From positions 74,650,043 to 74,714,042 of the forward strand of contig NC_057719.1 of NCBI RefSeq assembly GCF_004010195.1: a stretch of 64,000 bases of DNA, given 5' to 3'. The DNA comes from Chiloscyllium plagiosum. Lineage: Eukaryota. A program made the position numbers and the translations under genes. The notes under the pieces are model-generated. The model was not told the origin of the DNA and made no database searches. It saw only the letters and a program-made list of their open reading frames with translations. This document shows, one piece after another, positions 1 to 12,372 of this stretch (position 1 is its first letter; the number at the start of each line of letters is the position of its first letter).

Positions 1-545
1 GCACTGAACTCTCAAAATAGATGATCGAGAGTTTCATCCCCAGTCTGCTAGATGGGCCACTGTGTAGCTGCAGAGCACTCCATCTCAGAGGGAACAGTAA
101 GAACAGGCAGGAACTGACCCACCGTACTAAAGTGCACACGTCCAGTTGTCTGATCACGAAGTGAATGGATGCTGGCCATGGAGATGTCTACACAGACCAT
201 GTCATTTTCCAAGTTGAAGGAGGAAATGTGTTGACAAGAGGTAGCAGATGGGGACCTAACAGGAAAACAAGTTATCTGGCATCAGCTGGTTAGGTTTCTG
301 GCAAGGGACGTGTTGGCAAAAGCATTAAACTCAAAGCACATTCTTCAAAACAGAACCAGAGCCATAACCAATACACGAGTTATGGATTCTGGTAGATACA
401 ATGGAATCCATTTTTAAGCTGTGGCACAAGATCAGGCTGACATTGTACTTCATTTGCACACATCAGGTATATGAATACGTTGATTCAAAAGGTTAGCAAG
501 ATATCATACAATAAAAGAGTTTTAAAAATAAGCCACAGAGCTCAC

Positions 546-615
546 CTGCCAACTAACCCTGGAGGACAGATTTTCCACAATAATTCTATATTCAGTGTGA
601 ACTGGACGGCCACCT
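546..615 (-). CDS. SRSF5: SRSF5-like SR splicing factor, internal exon equivalent to human exon 5 (start of RRM2/RRMH)
   Basis: Minus strand reads tttttag|A GGT GGC CGT CCA GTT CAC ACT GAA TAT AGA ATT ATT GTG GAA AAT CTG TCC TCC AGG GTT AGT TGG CAG|gtgag = (R)GGRPVHTEYRIIVENLSSRVSWQ. 70 nt, phase 2 to 0, the same length and phases as SRSF5 exon 5; VENLSSRVSWQ is the SRSF4/5/6 RRMH signature. Confidence 0.9.
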
Positions 616-1498
616 CTAAAAACGAAACAGAATGTTTTATTGTACTCTTTAAACCAGTATTGTACTGACTGCACTTGAACAGTTGAGTTCAAGAGATGAA
701 TAGCTGTCTATTTGTATCATTTGCACAGCAGATAATTGTACATACTCAAATTCAAGCAGGAAGAATGATTTTCTAGCCTTTCACATTCAGATCCACTTCT
801 AAGAGCTCTCCTAACAGTTCATTCTTCATTCACAAGAAATTGGTTGTAAATTGTTGCGTACATTTCAGGAAACTTTTAGTAATGTTAAGGACTTTTTGCT
901 GATTTAGTGGCACCGCTGATACTGTCCTGGGTAATTTGATTTCAACAGGGGCAGCAAAATTGGTGTAGGTCAGCAGGATTGGGAGTGGGGTTGGATTGCG
1001 GAAAGATAAATTACCAACGTTATTATTCTTGAGATATTACGGGAAGCTCTAAGTGTGTGTGTGAATACCATGATGGATTGATTGGATGTTTCCCAAATCC
1101 AAGCAGTCTATGAATATTGCATGAGTAAGATACTGGAAAGTGGCTGACCCATGCAGATAACATACAGCAAAGGAGCAGTGCATTCAAGTGAGGAAGAGAG
1201 AAAACTGAGAGGAAGAAAAAGAAGTCTACCAATTGGACATGTTAAAAGTGGGGGACCACATTGGGACAAGCTACATATGTAAATATATGCATTCACATAG
1301 CATAAGATATATGGCATAGAAACAGTTTGGCCAAACCAGTCCATGCCGGTATTTATGCTCCACTGGAACTACCTCCCATTTTCCCTCAATAAAGGATAAC
1401 CTTTAAGTTGTAGTGCAAATGCATCCTAAAAAGAATAGTTTCTGAAAGAAAAACTCCTCAAACAAGAGACAGAAAAGAGCAGGATCTTTGTAAACACA

Positions 1499-1540
1499 AT
1501 TTTTCAAAAGATATTTTTTCAAAAAGATATTTCAAAAAGG
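1499..1540. repeat. Short degenerate tandem repeat (about 3 copies of atttt(t)caaaa(a)gat)
   Basis: atttttcaaaagatattttttcaaaaagatatttcaaaaagg seen directly. Confidence 0.7.
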
Positions 1541-2155
1541 TTTTAATTGACATGGTAAAATACTTTAGCAAAGAGAAATATTCCTTTTGGAAAAATTCTT
1601 TTATGTTTGGTCAAATGCAGAAATTCTGCTGAGGCAGTGGTTAGATACATTCCTGCCGTTTGATGTTAGACAAACAGATTCAATTATCACCAAAACATAC
1701 ACAAAAATAATGTTACCTTTAGTATTCTCTAATGGTGCTATTGAAATCATTAAAGTATCTCACGTTTGTTTGATTCACACAGTCAGCTAGTCAACACTAA
1801 TGGTGCAGAGTGAAAATTCTTTCACAATAAAGAATGTCCTAAATTCATTTTTATCGTTATCGTGTCTTGGTCCACTGAGCTAAGCATGGCTTTAAACTTC
1901 AGAAACATCTATCCTATATCTATTTCACTTACATACCAAACATTCTCTCACTTTATTATCCAGAGCATTTTTCCTGCTCACTGTTGCGTGTTTCTAATGT
2001 ATTCAAACATTTTCAATAAGAACAGCCTTAAACTTTGCATATCAAAGCTCAAGTGATACCTTTAGTTTTCCAAACAAGCATTTAATATCAACCTGTCCAT
2101 TTAGTTTCTAAGAGCATGAACGCTGTTATTACAAAGGATATTATGATGATTTTAC

Positions 2156-2263
2156 CTTTCTTCTCCTCCACCAATTGATCTGCGATAACTGAAGCGTGGT
2201 GGGAATCTGCTGCTTCTGTGCCAACCTCCTCTTGATCGTGATCGAGCATATTCAATTGTAACC
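2156..2263 (-). CDS. SRSF5: SRSF5-like SR splicing factor, internal exon equivalent to human exon 4 (end of RRM1 plus RG linker)
   Basis: Minus strand catcttcatag|G GTT ACA ATT GAA TAT GCT CGA ... GAA GAA AG|gtaaaa = (R)VTIEYARSRSRGGWHRSSRFPPRFSYRRSIGGGEE(R). 108 nt, phase 2-2, in frame with exon 546-615; resembles SRSF5 RVTIEHARARSRGG. Confidence 0.88.
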
Positions 2264-3869
2264 CTATGAAGATGATGCAGATGGGTGAATATGTATCCTT
2301 GCAAACTATGTAATCATCAAGAAAGAAAAAATAAAGTTACAGCACCCACTTCCTTCACATCCCCTCCCCTCCTTGCATACAGTACTTCCCGCCTGTGTAG
2401 GGTTCACAAGTATTTGTTATTATCTGACATGAGTGTTAGAAAAAGTGTAATTCCACAGGGATTTCTGACCAAATGCTTTGGCCAGGTCACAGCCTGACAA
2501 CCATACACCTTCTAAAGGGATTAACAGGCACATGAACACTGGCATTCTGTGTTCGACCCAGAATCTAACTTTCCACAGCAAACTTTAGATATCAATGGAT
2601 TCAGTATAAAACAAAATGCACTAAGTGTCAAAGTGTAAGCAATCATAATCATCAAAATTTGAAAAAAGTACTGTTCTTTCTTGTAAGAACTATGAACACG
2701 GACATAGAATCATGTAGTAATGCAGAGGCCATTTGGTCCATTACACTAATATTGTCTCTTTTATTTGTCATGTTCTCCCTTTCTGTCTTCATAAGTCAGC
2801 AACTGTTTTCCATAATAAATCCAATCCATTTATTACTGAATTTGCTTCAATGATGTGGCAAAACTTTTGAAATTCACATAGCTTTTCTGCTGTCGTCATT
2901 TGTCAGAAGTATATTTTTGGTGGCGAACAGATGAAAGAAACTGAAATTATCATTAATACTTTATTCCAGTCGCTACCTTGGTCCTTCAAGTTGCAACGAT
3001 ACTTTGAAGAAATGTTAATTGCTAGAAATAAACAAGGCCAGACTTTTCAGCCACTGCTGTGCCAGAAGTTTCTGCGTCTCTCAGCTAGTCATTATTGGAA
3101 CAACAAAGTGAGTATGTTGATTGCGATCAGAGCATTGGAGAGAAAACAAAGCTTCAGATACGGGACAGCATGAGATCATGGGCTCAAACTAGAATCAGCA
3201 TTACTGTCCACAAAATAAAATGTAACAGCCTTCCCCAACCCTAAGAAATAAGAGTGATTTGGCACATTGCTTAATGTAAATAATTGGACTGTACCTCAAC
3301 TTGAGAAAGTCAGTGATCCAGTCAAACAGTCTCAAAAATATAACTACTTAGAATCAGTAATTTTAACATTAGAGTTTGGATCTCAACACCAGACCAGATC
3401 AGCTATGTAAAAATCACTGAGCTAATAGAAAAAAAGTGCTTAAAAGAGAAAGGGAAGGAGCTGCCAAGATCATTTAACTTATAAAACTGCATAAGTCATA
3501 GGTAAAAGTTTCATGAAGCAGGAGAAAAATCTAGAGTGAGGCTATCAGTCAAGCATTCCAAAATCACATCCACTTTGCAAAGTTTAGCCATGTTCCTGCT
3601 CACCATTGGCTAAAATTGATGGAAAAGATGCAACTGGCTCATTGTTTTAAAAACAAAGGTGAGTTTATTTATTTAAAAAAGGAAGTTTTTCCTTCTTCAG
3701 AAAGTTATGGTGGAAATAGGTGGATTTCAAAGAACCTTTCAAGGGTAAAACAATGAAAGATATTTAGTTTTTTTCTTTGGACCAGTACATTAATTTATAA
3801 ACTAAATGAACACTCACACAAAACAAATTCTGAGTCTGGCACGCTGTAATATATATTGTCCATTATACA

Positions 3870-5649
3870 TTTTTTTTCTAATTTGCTCAAGGAATGGGAG
3901 TGATGCTGGCTATACCAGGATTTATTGCCATTCCTAATTACCCAGGAAAAGGTGGTGGTGAGCTGCCTTCATGAACTACTACAAACCTTTCAGTGGAGGA
4001 ACGTGCATTATTTGTTCAGATGGGAGGTCCGGGATTTTGAAAGAGTCAAGAAATGAAGATATATTTCCAATCAGGATAATGTCTCGTTTACAGGGAACTT
4101 CCAAGTGGTTGTGTTCCCATGCATCTGTTGTCTTTCTAGGTGGAAGAAGACATGAATTTGAAAGGAGCTGTCCAAAGAGCCTTGGTGAATTTTGTAGACG
4201 TCGCACTTAATTTTCCTTTGTGCAAGGTATGAGTCTTAACAACAGAAGATTATCTCAAGTTTTGCCAGACCTTCTTGATACCTTACTCACTCAAATACTG
4301 TCTAATTTAAAAGTAGTCCCCTCTGGAGGTCAGCTCTTTGTCTCTTAACAACCAGTGCTCAGGGGACAATGCTCAAACTGATGAATGGGTGCCAATCAAA
4401 CAGGCTACTTTGTTTCCTGGTATGTGTTGAGCTTCTTGAGTGTTGTTGGAGATCAACTCACCCAGATAAGTGAAAATTATTTCATCACACTCATGATTTG
4501 TACATTCTAAATGGTACTTTGGCATTTGCAGACAGAAAGGCTTTTGTCCAAAACGTTGATTTTCCTGCTCCTCGGATGCTGCCTGACCTGCTGTGCTTTT
4601 CCAGCACCATTCTAATCCAGACAGAAAGTACGTTAATTGGTGCAGATTTCAGAGTCACTGACCTGCTGTGTTACATGGCTCTTCCAGTTCAGTTTCTGGA
4701 CAATGCTAATCCCCTGATTGTTGACTTTAATGGATCAGTGATGGTAATGTTGTTGCATGTAAAATGAAGATGGTTAGATTCACATTTTTTGGAGATGATC
4801 ATGACCTAGTGCTTAAGTAAAGAAGATGCTACTTGTCACTTAACAGTCCAAGCCTGGAATTATTCAGGTAATGATGCAAAAGGTCACAGGGCACTTCACT
4901 TTCTCAGGAATGGTGAAAACTGCTTAATGTTACACAATCATCAGTAAATATTCCTGCTTCTGACTCTGTAGTGCAGAGAAGGTCATTGATAAGGCAGTTG
5001 AAGATGGTTGGACATAGGATACTACCCTCGGGAACTCTTGTTGTGATGTCGGCAGTTGAAGTGCCTGACCTCCAATAACCATAACCATCTTCCTTTCTGC
5101 CAGATATGACTCCAACCAGCAGAGTTTTCTCTAGTTTTGCTAGGGGTCCTTGATACAATTCTCAGTCAAATGCTGCCTGATGTCAAGAGCAATCATCTCA
5201 ACTCTGGAGTTCAGCTCTTTTGTCCGTGTTTAAACCAAAGTTGTAACAATATCAGAAGATAAGAAGTCTTGATAGAACCCAGACTGACCACCAGTGAGCA
5301 GATTATTTCCTGCTAGTACTGTCTGTGACCCCCTCCATCGGTTTGCTGAAGGCTGAAAGTGGACAGATGGGGATGATAATTGGCCGGGTTGGATTTGTCC
5401 GGTATTTGTAGCCAGGATATACCTGGGCAATTTTCCTCATTGCCAGCATTGAAACTGTACTGGAACAAGTTGGCTCAGAATTCGGTTAGTTCTGAAGCAC
5501 AAACCTTCAGTAAAATTGTTGGACTGTTGTCAGGGTCTACAGTTTTTGCAATATCCAGTGTCTCCAGCCATTTCTTGATATCAGCTGATTGAATTGAATT
5601 GGCTGAAGACTTGTTTCAGTGACAGTGGTGATCTCAGGAGCATGCCCGA
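3870..5649 (-). mobile_element. Old CR1-clade LINE, 3' portion with RT remnants, running into the gap
   Basis: Minus-strand remnants such as RVPEGSILCPTIFNCLINDL...IFTDD (RT motifs, ORF 4904-5158) and ESYLAERKMVMVIGGQ; 3' tail near 3880-3960. Confidence 0.8.
4540..4617. mobile_element. Penelope-terminus-derived mini element inserted in CR1, 11-bp TSD
   Basis: Motif aaaacgttga...gatgctgcctgacctgctgtgcttttccagca, flanked by identical cagacagaaag at 4529-4539 and 4618-4628. Confidence 0.65.
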
Positions 5650-6149
5650 NNNNNNNNNNNNNNNNNNNNNNNNNNNNNNNNNNNNNNNNNNNNNNNNNNN
5701 NNNNNNNNNNNNNNNNNNNNNNNNNNNNNNNNNNNNNNNNNNNNNNNNNNNNNNNNNNNNNNNNNNNNNNNNNNNNNNNNNNNNNNNNNNNNNNNNNNNN
5801 NNNNNNNNNNNNNNNNNNNNNNNNNNNNNNNNNNNNNNNNNNNNNNNNNNNNNNNNNNNNNNNNNNNNNNNNNNNNNNNNNNNNNNNNNNNNNNNNNNNN
5901 NNNNNNNNNNNNNNNNNNNNNNNNNNNNNNNNNNNNNNNNNNNNNNNNNNNNNNNNNNNNNNNNNNNNNNNNNNNNNNNNNNNNNNNNNNNNNNNNNNNN
6001 NNNNNNNNNNNNNNNNNNNNNNNNNNNNNNNNNNNNNNNNNNNNNNNNNNNNNNNNNNNNNNNNNNNNNNNNNNNNNNNNNNNNNNNNNNNNNNNNNNNN
6101 NNNNNNNNNNNNNNNNNNNNNNNNNNNNNNNNNNNNNNNNNNNNNNNNN
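5650..6149. other. Assembly gap (500 N)
   Basis: Run of N. Confidence 1.
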
Positions 6150-6557
6150 GATTTCAGATGTTGACATCTTCTGTGTCCCTGCTGTAATGAGGTACAAATC
6201 TTACAGACATGGTCTCTGTCCAGAAGCAACCCTCATCTCAGCAACAGCCTTTGGAATCTGACTTCTCTGCTCTGATTTCAAATCTTTCCAAACGTTGATT
6301 GCTTTAGTGAAGAATAAGCATTTCTTGTTGTTTGACAATTTCACTTAAACCAGTCTTAAAGAGACATACTAGATACAGCAGAGCTCCACAGCAGCAGCCA
6401 AAGGCTTTCCACAATGTTGTCCTTTCACTCTTTTTAGTACACTGTTAACAAAACATAATGGTCATGTAATAATATGCGCTGTATGTTATTTTATTTGGTA
6501 CCTTAATGATCAGCTTACAATAAGTAGCACTCCCATTTTTGAAAAACAAAATCCCAG

Positions 6558-7267
6558 TTTTTTTTTTCTTTTTCTTTTCCTGAGTGTCCTCCAACTGGTG
6601 CACTGTCTCCCAGCTGTCTTAAGGAGCTCCTATGTATATACGGTAGTGCTTGTATTTTCCCAAGCACCCATGTTGTGTGTGTGTGTGCGCAATTGTAGGA
6701 CACAGTGTAAGACAACAGATGTACAAATCTTTATTCACTTTCCACCACCAGAAAGAAAGGAAACACCAATGTGGCTAGTGACTGGCAGTATCCTTCACAC
6801 CAAAGGACAATGCTGTGTGATTAAACAGTGAAGTGGAGGGCAGGGATTAAATCAAAATAGAGTTGGATGGGGAAATAATATACTCCACTCCATGTGGTGC
6901 CCACCTCTCCCTGAACAGTTTGAGGTGTTGGTAGACACCTCCTTCTCCAAAGACATCCAGGCTCAGACATAGCCACGGAAGAGGGGCAGATAATCGGCCA
7001 TAACGACCCCCTCCATGGCCCACTGCCTGGACCTGTTAATGGCCAGCTTGGCCAGGCCCAGGAGCAGACACACGAGGAGGTCCTCTGACCTACCCTCCCC
7101 ACTCTCCACACCTCTGCCCAAAGATCAGGAGCGTGGGACTGAAGTGCAGCCAAAAGCAGAGGAGAAGGTTCGCTAGAAAACTAAAAAGGGAGTGCAAACG
7201 CCCACACCCCATATATACGTGATCCATGGACTCCACAGCACCACAGAACAAGCAGTTTGGCTGGGAG
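6558..7267 (-). mobile_element. 5'-truncated L1/Tx1-clade LINE (ORF2 C-terminal zinc knuckle, 3' UTR, A-rich tail)
   Basis: Minus ORF 7090-7359 contains CLFCGAVESMDHVYMGC (C-x2-C...H-x4-C knuckle) followed by FSPTLLIFG; AATAAA near 6730, (CA)n near 6675-6687, A-rich tail at 6558-6578. Confidence 0.75.
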
Positions 7268-8818
7268 AACATTGTGGATATATTTAAATTCAAATTGACA
7301 GTGACTTGATGCCAGTTAGTGGGGGCGGGATGCAGCTTTGCAATCACGGTCCTAACCACCTGAACAAATGTTGATTTGTGACATTGTCCTTTGAAATGGC
7401 CTGAAATTGTGTACGTTTACTTTCCCACCTGGGCAATGAGTTGAAGGTTGAATGGCCACCACTCTCGCTTCAGGCTAGATTGCTTTGGGACTTGGAGCAG
7501 CTTTGCAAGTTTGGATTTTTCCCCACTTGAAAGAAAAACAGCACAGAGTTCTGAAGAGTAGTTTGCTGAAAAGGAGCTCTGCGACTCCCATTTCTACTTG
7601 AATGTTCAGTGTGCTCATATGATGAGGCTTGTGCACTTAGTGAACTGCTGCATTTCTAGCCTTCACTTGCACCTTGCAGGTTTGCGTCCAATCCCATTAG
7701 ATGTAAGCCAGGAGTGAAAAATCAAAGGTGTGCCAAAAGCTGCTTGACCCAGCATTATCACCTCTCTCCCACTAACTTCAAGGGCAGCACTTGGTATTTG
7801 TTCAACTTTATAGATGTTTTCTTGCTTGAAAATGTTGCAGTTTTTGTTTGAAACATGTTTTGAACTTTGTGTTCAAACAAGACGTGAATTTTTTGTCTAA
7901 TAATTTGTGATGGTTCTGAATGTTTCAAAACCCAATAACGTTTCATCTGTACACCAGTAAAGCAGGTGAGTAAAGCAAAGTCCACAGCAGTGAGGTGAAT
8001 GACCTGTATATCTGTTTGTAGTGCTGTTGGGTAGAGGATGCTGGTCTTTCAGGATATGAGGCAAGTTCCTGGGGGGAAAAGTTTAAATTGCAGCTGGGAG
8101 GAGAGGAGGTGCAGGGGGAGAGGAGGTGGTTTATTGTCACATCTGAAAGTTGGCACCTCTCTTTGTACACATTACTATGCTAAATGCCAGTGCGATGTTA
8201 TTGAGCAGAGCTTAGAGAATTTACTCATGAACACTTGCTTGATAGTGTAATGGGGCACATCTACAAGCATAGCGTCTAGTAGACAACCAGCAAGCTCTAA
8301 TTGGCTTACCCTGAGTAATGCAGTGAAGCTCGGTAATTTTAAGTTTTTTTTAAGAGGACAAGTGCTAAGTGGTGTTTGCAGCAAGTTGTTGGTTTGTGGG
8401 GCCTCATTATTTCGACTGTTCAGTCTCCTTTGTCAAGCGGACAGATCTCCCAAGACTCTGCAGAATTACCAGCTGAGGCTTGGGGTTGGATATTGCAGCC
8501 ACAGACTGGGTGGAATCCTCCTCAAACCACGCATGCACACTGATTCCCTCCCTCATGGGGAAAGTGCATGAAGGCCAGAAACCCACCTGCCATTTTGAAC
8601 GATGACAATGAGCACTTTAATCAGCCATCTAGTAGAGGCCATGGACTAAAGTGTTACACTGCCCACCCCGTTCCTTTACTCTGCACCTGGGAAGGATAAA
8701 CCAGAAGAGAGTGGGTTCTGCCAGGGCTGAGGAGGTCAGGTTGGATTACAGACCCTCATATGGGACTGTCTGCATTGTGGACAAAGGTGGCAGCCTCTGA
8801 TATTTCCTAGGTCTTTAT

Positions 8819-9125
8819 ATAGAATCGCTAGAGTGGAAACAGGCCATTTGGCCCAGCGAGTCCACACCAAAACTCCAAAGAGGATCCCACCCTACCCTAT
8901 CCCTGTAACCCTGCATTTCCCATGGCTAACGCACCTAACCTACACCCCTGAACACTGAGTAATTTAGCGTGACCAATCCACCTAACCTGCACATCTTTGG
9001 AGTGTGGGAGGAAACCCACGCTGACACTGGGAGAATGTGCAAACTCCACACAGACAGAGGCCCGAGGTTGGAATTGAACCCAGGTCTCTGGTGCTGTGGG
9101 GCAGCAGTGCTAACCACTGAGCCAC
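8819..9125 (-). mobile_element. HE1-type (V-domain) tRNA SINE
   Basis: Reverse complement gtggctcagtggttagcactgctgcc...gggttcaattcc head, V-domain gtgtggagtttgcacattctccc...gtgggtttcc, CR1-like tail cctgtttccactcta. Confidence 0.9.
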
Positions 9126-9629
9126 TTGTTGCCATATAGCTTCACAGTTTTTAGGCTGGCCTTGCACATAAGGAGAGAGAAGGCAGTTTTTAAGTGGACT
9201 GCCCATGACCAGTTACTAGTTCACGGTCTAATCCCTAGTCTGCTGGATGTCTGGCGTTTGCTCTGTGGTGCTCAGCCTCCCCTTCCCCAGTCTTCCAGCC
9301 AGTCAGTTATTAATCAGCTGTCCAATGCTGGATTCGCCTTGCTGAAATTGGGGGATGGAGGGATTCTGAGCAGACGGCATGCACTTCCAGTTCTGCCTGC
9401 CTGCCTCCCTCACTCTGCTGAAGAGTGAGCAGAGACCCTGCGTCTCACTCTGGTCAAGTGTCGAGTTTAATGTTACAGTCTACTAGGTGCTGCATTTGTG
9501 CACGCGAGGCCTGAATGATCATGGGACTGTAATTGGGGCAATTGGAATGACAAGTCAAGTATAGTGAAATAAGGAAAAGGACGGGGTAAGAAATGGCTTT
9601 GAAACTGAGAGGAATACCGATTTTTCCAG

Positions 9630-9953
9630 ATCGTGGAAAGAGGCCATTCAGCCTATCAAATCTTCATCAACCTTCTGAAGAGCATCCCACCCAGACCCAT
9701 CCCCCTACCCTATCCCTGTAACCCTGCATTTCCCATGGCTAATCCACCTAACGTGCACATTATGGGTAATTTAACATGGACAATCCACCTAACCTATACA
9801 CCTTTGGACTGTGGGAGGAAACCGGACCACCCGGAGGAAACCCACGCAGACCCGGGGAGAACGTGCAAACTCCCCACAGACAGTCCCCCAGGGATGGAAT
9901 CGAGCCTGGGTCCCTGACTCTGTGAGGTAGCAGAGCTAACCACTGAGCCACCA
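9630..9953 (-). mobile_element. HE1-type (V-domain) tRNA SINE
   Basis: Same head, V-domain (gcgtgggtttcctccgggtggtccggtttcctcccacagtccaaag) and tail as 8819-9125. Confidence 0.9.
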
Positions 9954-10187
9954 ATGTCACCCCATCAGTAGGATTGGTACAACTGGGAGGAATGAAGGAG
10001 AAAGCTTGTTGTTCAAATGCAAAATGTCAACCGCAGAGGTTTGGATGCTGGAGTTGATAGAAACCTAGTCGCATTTTGAAAGGCTTGTTTTGAGTTCAGT
10101 GTACATTCATGTTGGCTGTTTCCTTTCAACAGTAGACTTTTGACTCTTGCACCTTGTGCTCCTAACCACATGTCATCGCTTCAACAG

Positions 10188-10258
10188 TCAGGAAACAAAA
10201 CCACAGGGGGAGAGCATGGAGAGTTTGAACTTGTGACTTGTGATTGTCAGCGATGCAG
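10188..10258 (+). other. Candidate exon of an unidentified plus-strand gene
   Basis: Branch-like cctaac at 10161-10166, acceptor caacag at 10187 (alternative tcag at 10191), donor CAG|gtacga. No recognisable protein. Confidence 0.3.
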
Positions 10259-10482
10259 GTACGAGTTATCTAATGGGAAATAAGCCGTTGTCAGGAGAAC
10301 CATACATTGTGTGGTTTAAACGGCCCTGCTTCTTCCACCAGAACAGTAACTTTATGCAGTACTGAGCTTTGACGTTTCCTGCTGGTATTCTCACCAAGTC
10401 ACTAATTCTCACTCTGTAAAGTCCTTTTATGTTAGTTTTATTATTTCCGTCCCAATCAAAATCAAAACGCCTTTTTATTTGC

Positions 10483-10870
10483 AACAACAACAACTGGCAT
10501 TTGTATGGTATCTTCAGTGCAACAAAATATCCTAAGGCAGTTCATGGGAATATTATAAACTATCCTTACATGCAATGTTTTAGCGGTCAACTGACCAAAA
10601 GCTCAGTCAGGCAAGTTAAAGCGTTTCTTAAAGGAGAAAGGTGAGGCAGTGAGGTGTAGGGAGGAAATTCCAGAGGTCAGGGCCTAGGCAACTGAAGATA
10701 TGGTCACTAATGCAAGGACACTTCAAACTGGGGGCACATAAGGGCAAGAATTGAAGGAGTATAGGAACCTCGGGAGACTTGGTGGAAGGAGATTACAGAA
10801 GGGAGGAGCAAGGGGTGTTTGAGGAATATGATTTGCTGTGAGGTAAGACCTGTGCAGCAGGGTTTGGATG
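10483..10870 (-). mobile_element. L2-clade LINE 3' fragment
   Basis: (caa)n tail plus gaccaaaagct...cttaaaggag...gggaggaaattccagag...gggcct, similar to 54715-55000. Confidence 0.6.
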
Positions 10871-11324
10871 GTCTTGTGACCTTTACCACTTAAAAGGTGC
10901 ATGGCATTCCCTCCGTCTACAAGTTCCCTTTCAAGCCCCACACCATCTTGACTTGGAACCACATTACCACTCCTTCACTGTGATTGGGTGAAAATCTGGA
11001 ACTTCCTTCTGAACAGTCCTTGAGTCTACACCCATACCCTCAAGGACTGTAGCAGGTCAAGAAGACAGTTTGGCCAGACAGATTAATGAAAGAAGGATGT
11101 GACTGGGGCTGCTGATCGATTTATCTCCCTCTTACTTAGAAAGCAGATTGCGATCTCCTCACACATTTTAATTGGAGGGGACAGGGTAAAGCACCTTTTT
11201 AAGAAGAGGGGTTACAGCAAAGCACCCAAGAGTAATACTTGTGTTCCTGGGCAAGTCTGGGAAGAATGAGCAGCTTTCAATGATGTAGCAGCCCATTCCA
11301 AAGGTAGAAGTCTCTGAAACTTGC

Positions 11325-11887
11325 AAAGGTTTAGAAAAGATTTACAAGGATGTTGCTAGGGTTGGAGGATTTGAGCCATGGGGAGAGGCTGAATAGGCAG
11401 GGACTGTTTTCCCTAAAGCGTCAGTGGCTGAGGAGTGACCTTCATAGTTTTATAAACCTCTATGAGGGCCATGGATACGGTGAATAGACAAGGTCTTTTC
11501 TTTGCGGTGGTGGGAGTCCTGAATTAGAGGGCATAGGTTTAGGGTGAGAGGGGAAAGATATAAAAGATACCGAGGGGCAACTTTTTCATGCAGAGGGTGG
11601 TTCGTGTACAGAACGAGCTGCCCAGAAGAAGTGGTGGAGGCAGGTAAAATGTAGTTTCAAATAAATCCATTGGATAAAATCTGGTGTCGTTTGACTTTTG
11701 ACTTTGTCCACCCCAGTTCAACACTGGCTCCTCCACAACATTTAAAAGGCATCTGGATGGCTATGCGAATAGGAAGGGGTTTAGAGGAATTTTGGCCAAG
11801 TGCTAGTAAATGGCACTAGGATATCTTGTCAGCATGGGCGAGTTGGGCGCAAGGGTCTGTTTCAGTGCTGTCCATCTCTGACTCTAA
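11325..11887 (+). mobile_element. HER1/CR1 LINE 3' fragment interrupted by a Penelope-terminus piece (about 11650-11737)
   Basis: RT C-terminal nucleotide consensus (aggggcaactttttcatgcagagggtgg, tttaaaaggcatctggatgg) and tail gggtctgtttcagtgctgtccatctctgactcta. Confidence 0.85.
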
Positions 11888-12110
11888 CAAGAAGACTGAA
11901 TGTTTTGAGGCGAGGAGTCCAGTCCTTACTGGACAAGTGAGCACACTGACTTTGCATGCAATGTTTGTAATTGGATCTGCATATCAAGACATGTCACATG
12001 AGATGATTCTCAACTTGGATGATGAGGAATCAGCCTCTTGGCTGAAGCCTTGATTGTGGCTGTGAGGGGAGAATCGAAGGCGAAACGACACACTCACTCA
12101 TGTTTCTGAT

Positions 12111-12372
12111 CAGAGGGGAAAGATATAAAAGAGACCCAAAGGGCAACTTTTTCACACAGAGGGTGGTACGTGTATGGAATGAGCTGCCAGAGGAAGTGGT
12201 GGAGGCTGGTACAATTACAACATTTAAAAGGCATTTGGATGGGTATGTGAATAGGAAGGGTTTGGAGGGATATGGGCCAGGTACTGGCAGGTGGGACTAG
12301 ATTGGGTTGGGATATTTGGTCTGCAAAGACGGGTTGGGCCAAAGGGTCTGTTTCCATGCTGTACATCTCTCT
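12111..12372 (+). mobile_element. HER1/CR1 LINE 3' end
   Basis: ORF 12100-12300 RGERYKRDPKGNFFTQRVVRVWNELPEEVVEAGTITTFKRHLDGY is the CR1 ORF2 C-terminus; tail tctgtttccatgctgtacatctct. Confidence 0.9.

Noticed and set aside
6150..6215. Minus-strand accATGTCTgtaag, a possible SRSF5 start exon
   Set aside because: The peptide (MSVRFVPHYSR...) does not match the SRSF5 N-terminus and stops after 18 codons.
5537..6229. Long ORFs of 181-230 aa in the ORF track
   Set aside because: Artefacts of translating the 500-N gap.
8505..9375. Possible degenerate fold-back element around the HE1 SINE (ggaatcctcc ... ggagggattc)
   Set aside because: Terminal similarity too short and degenerate to define boundaries.
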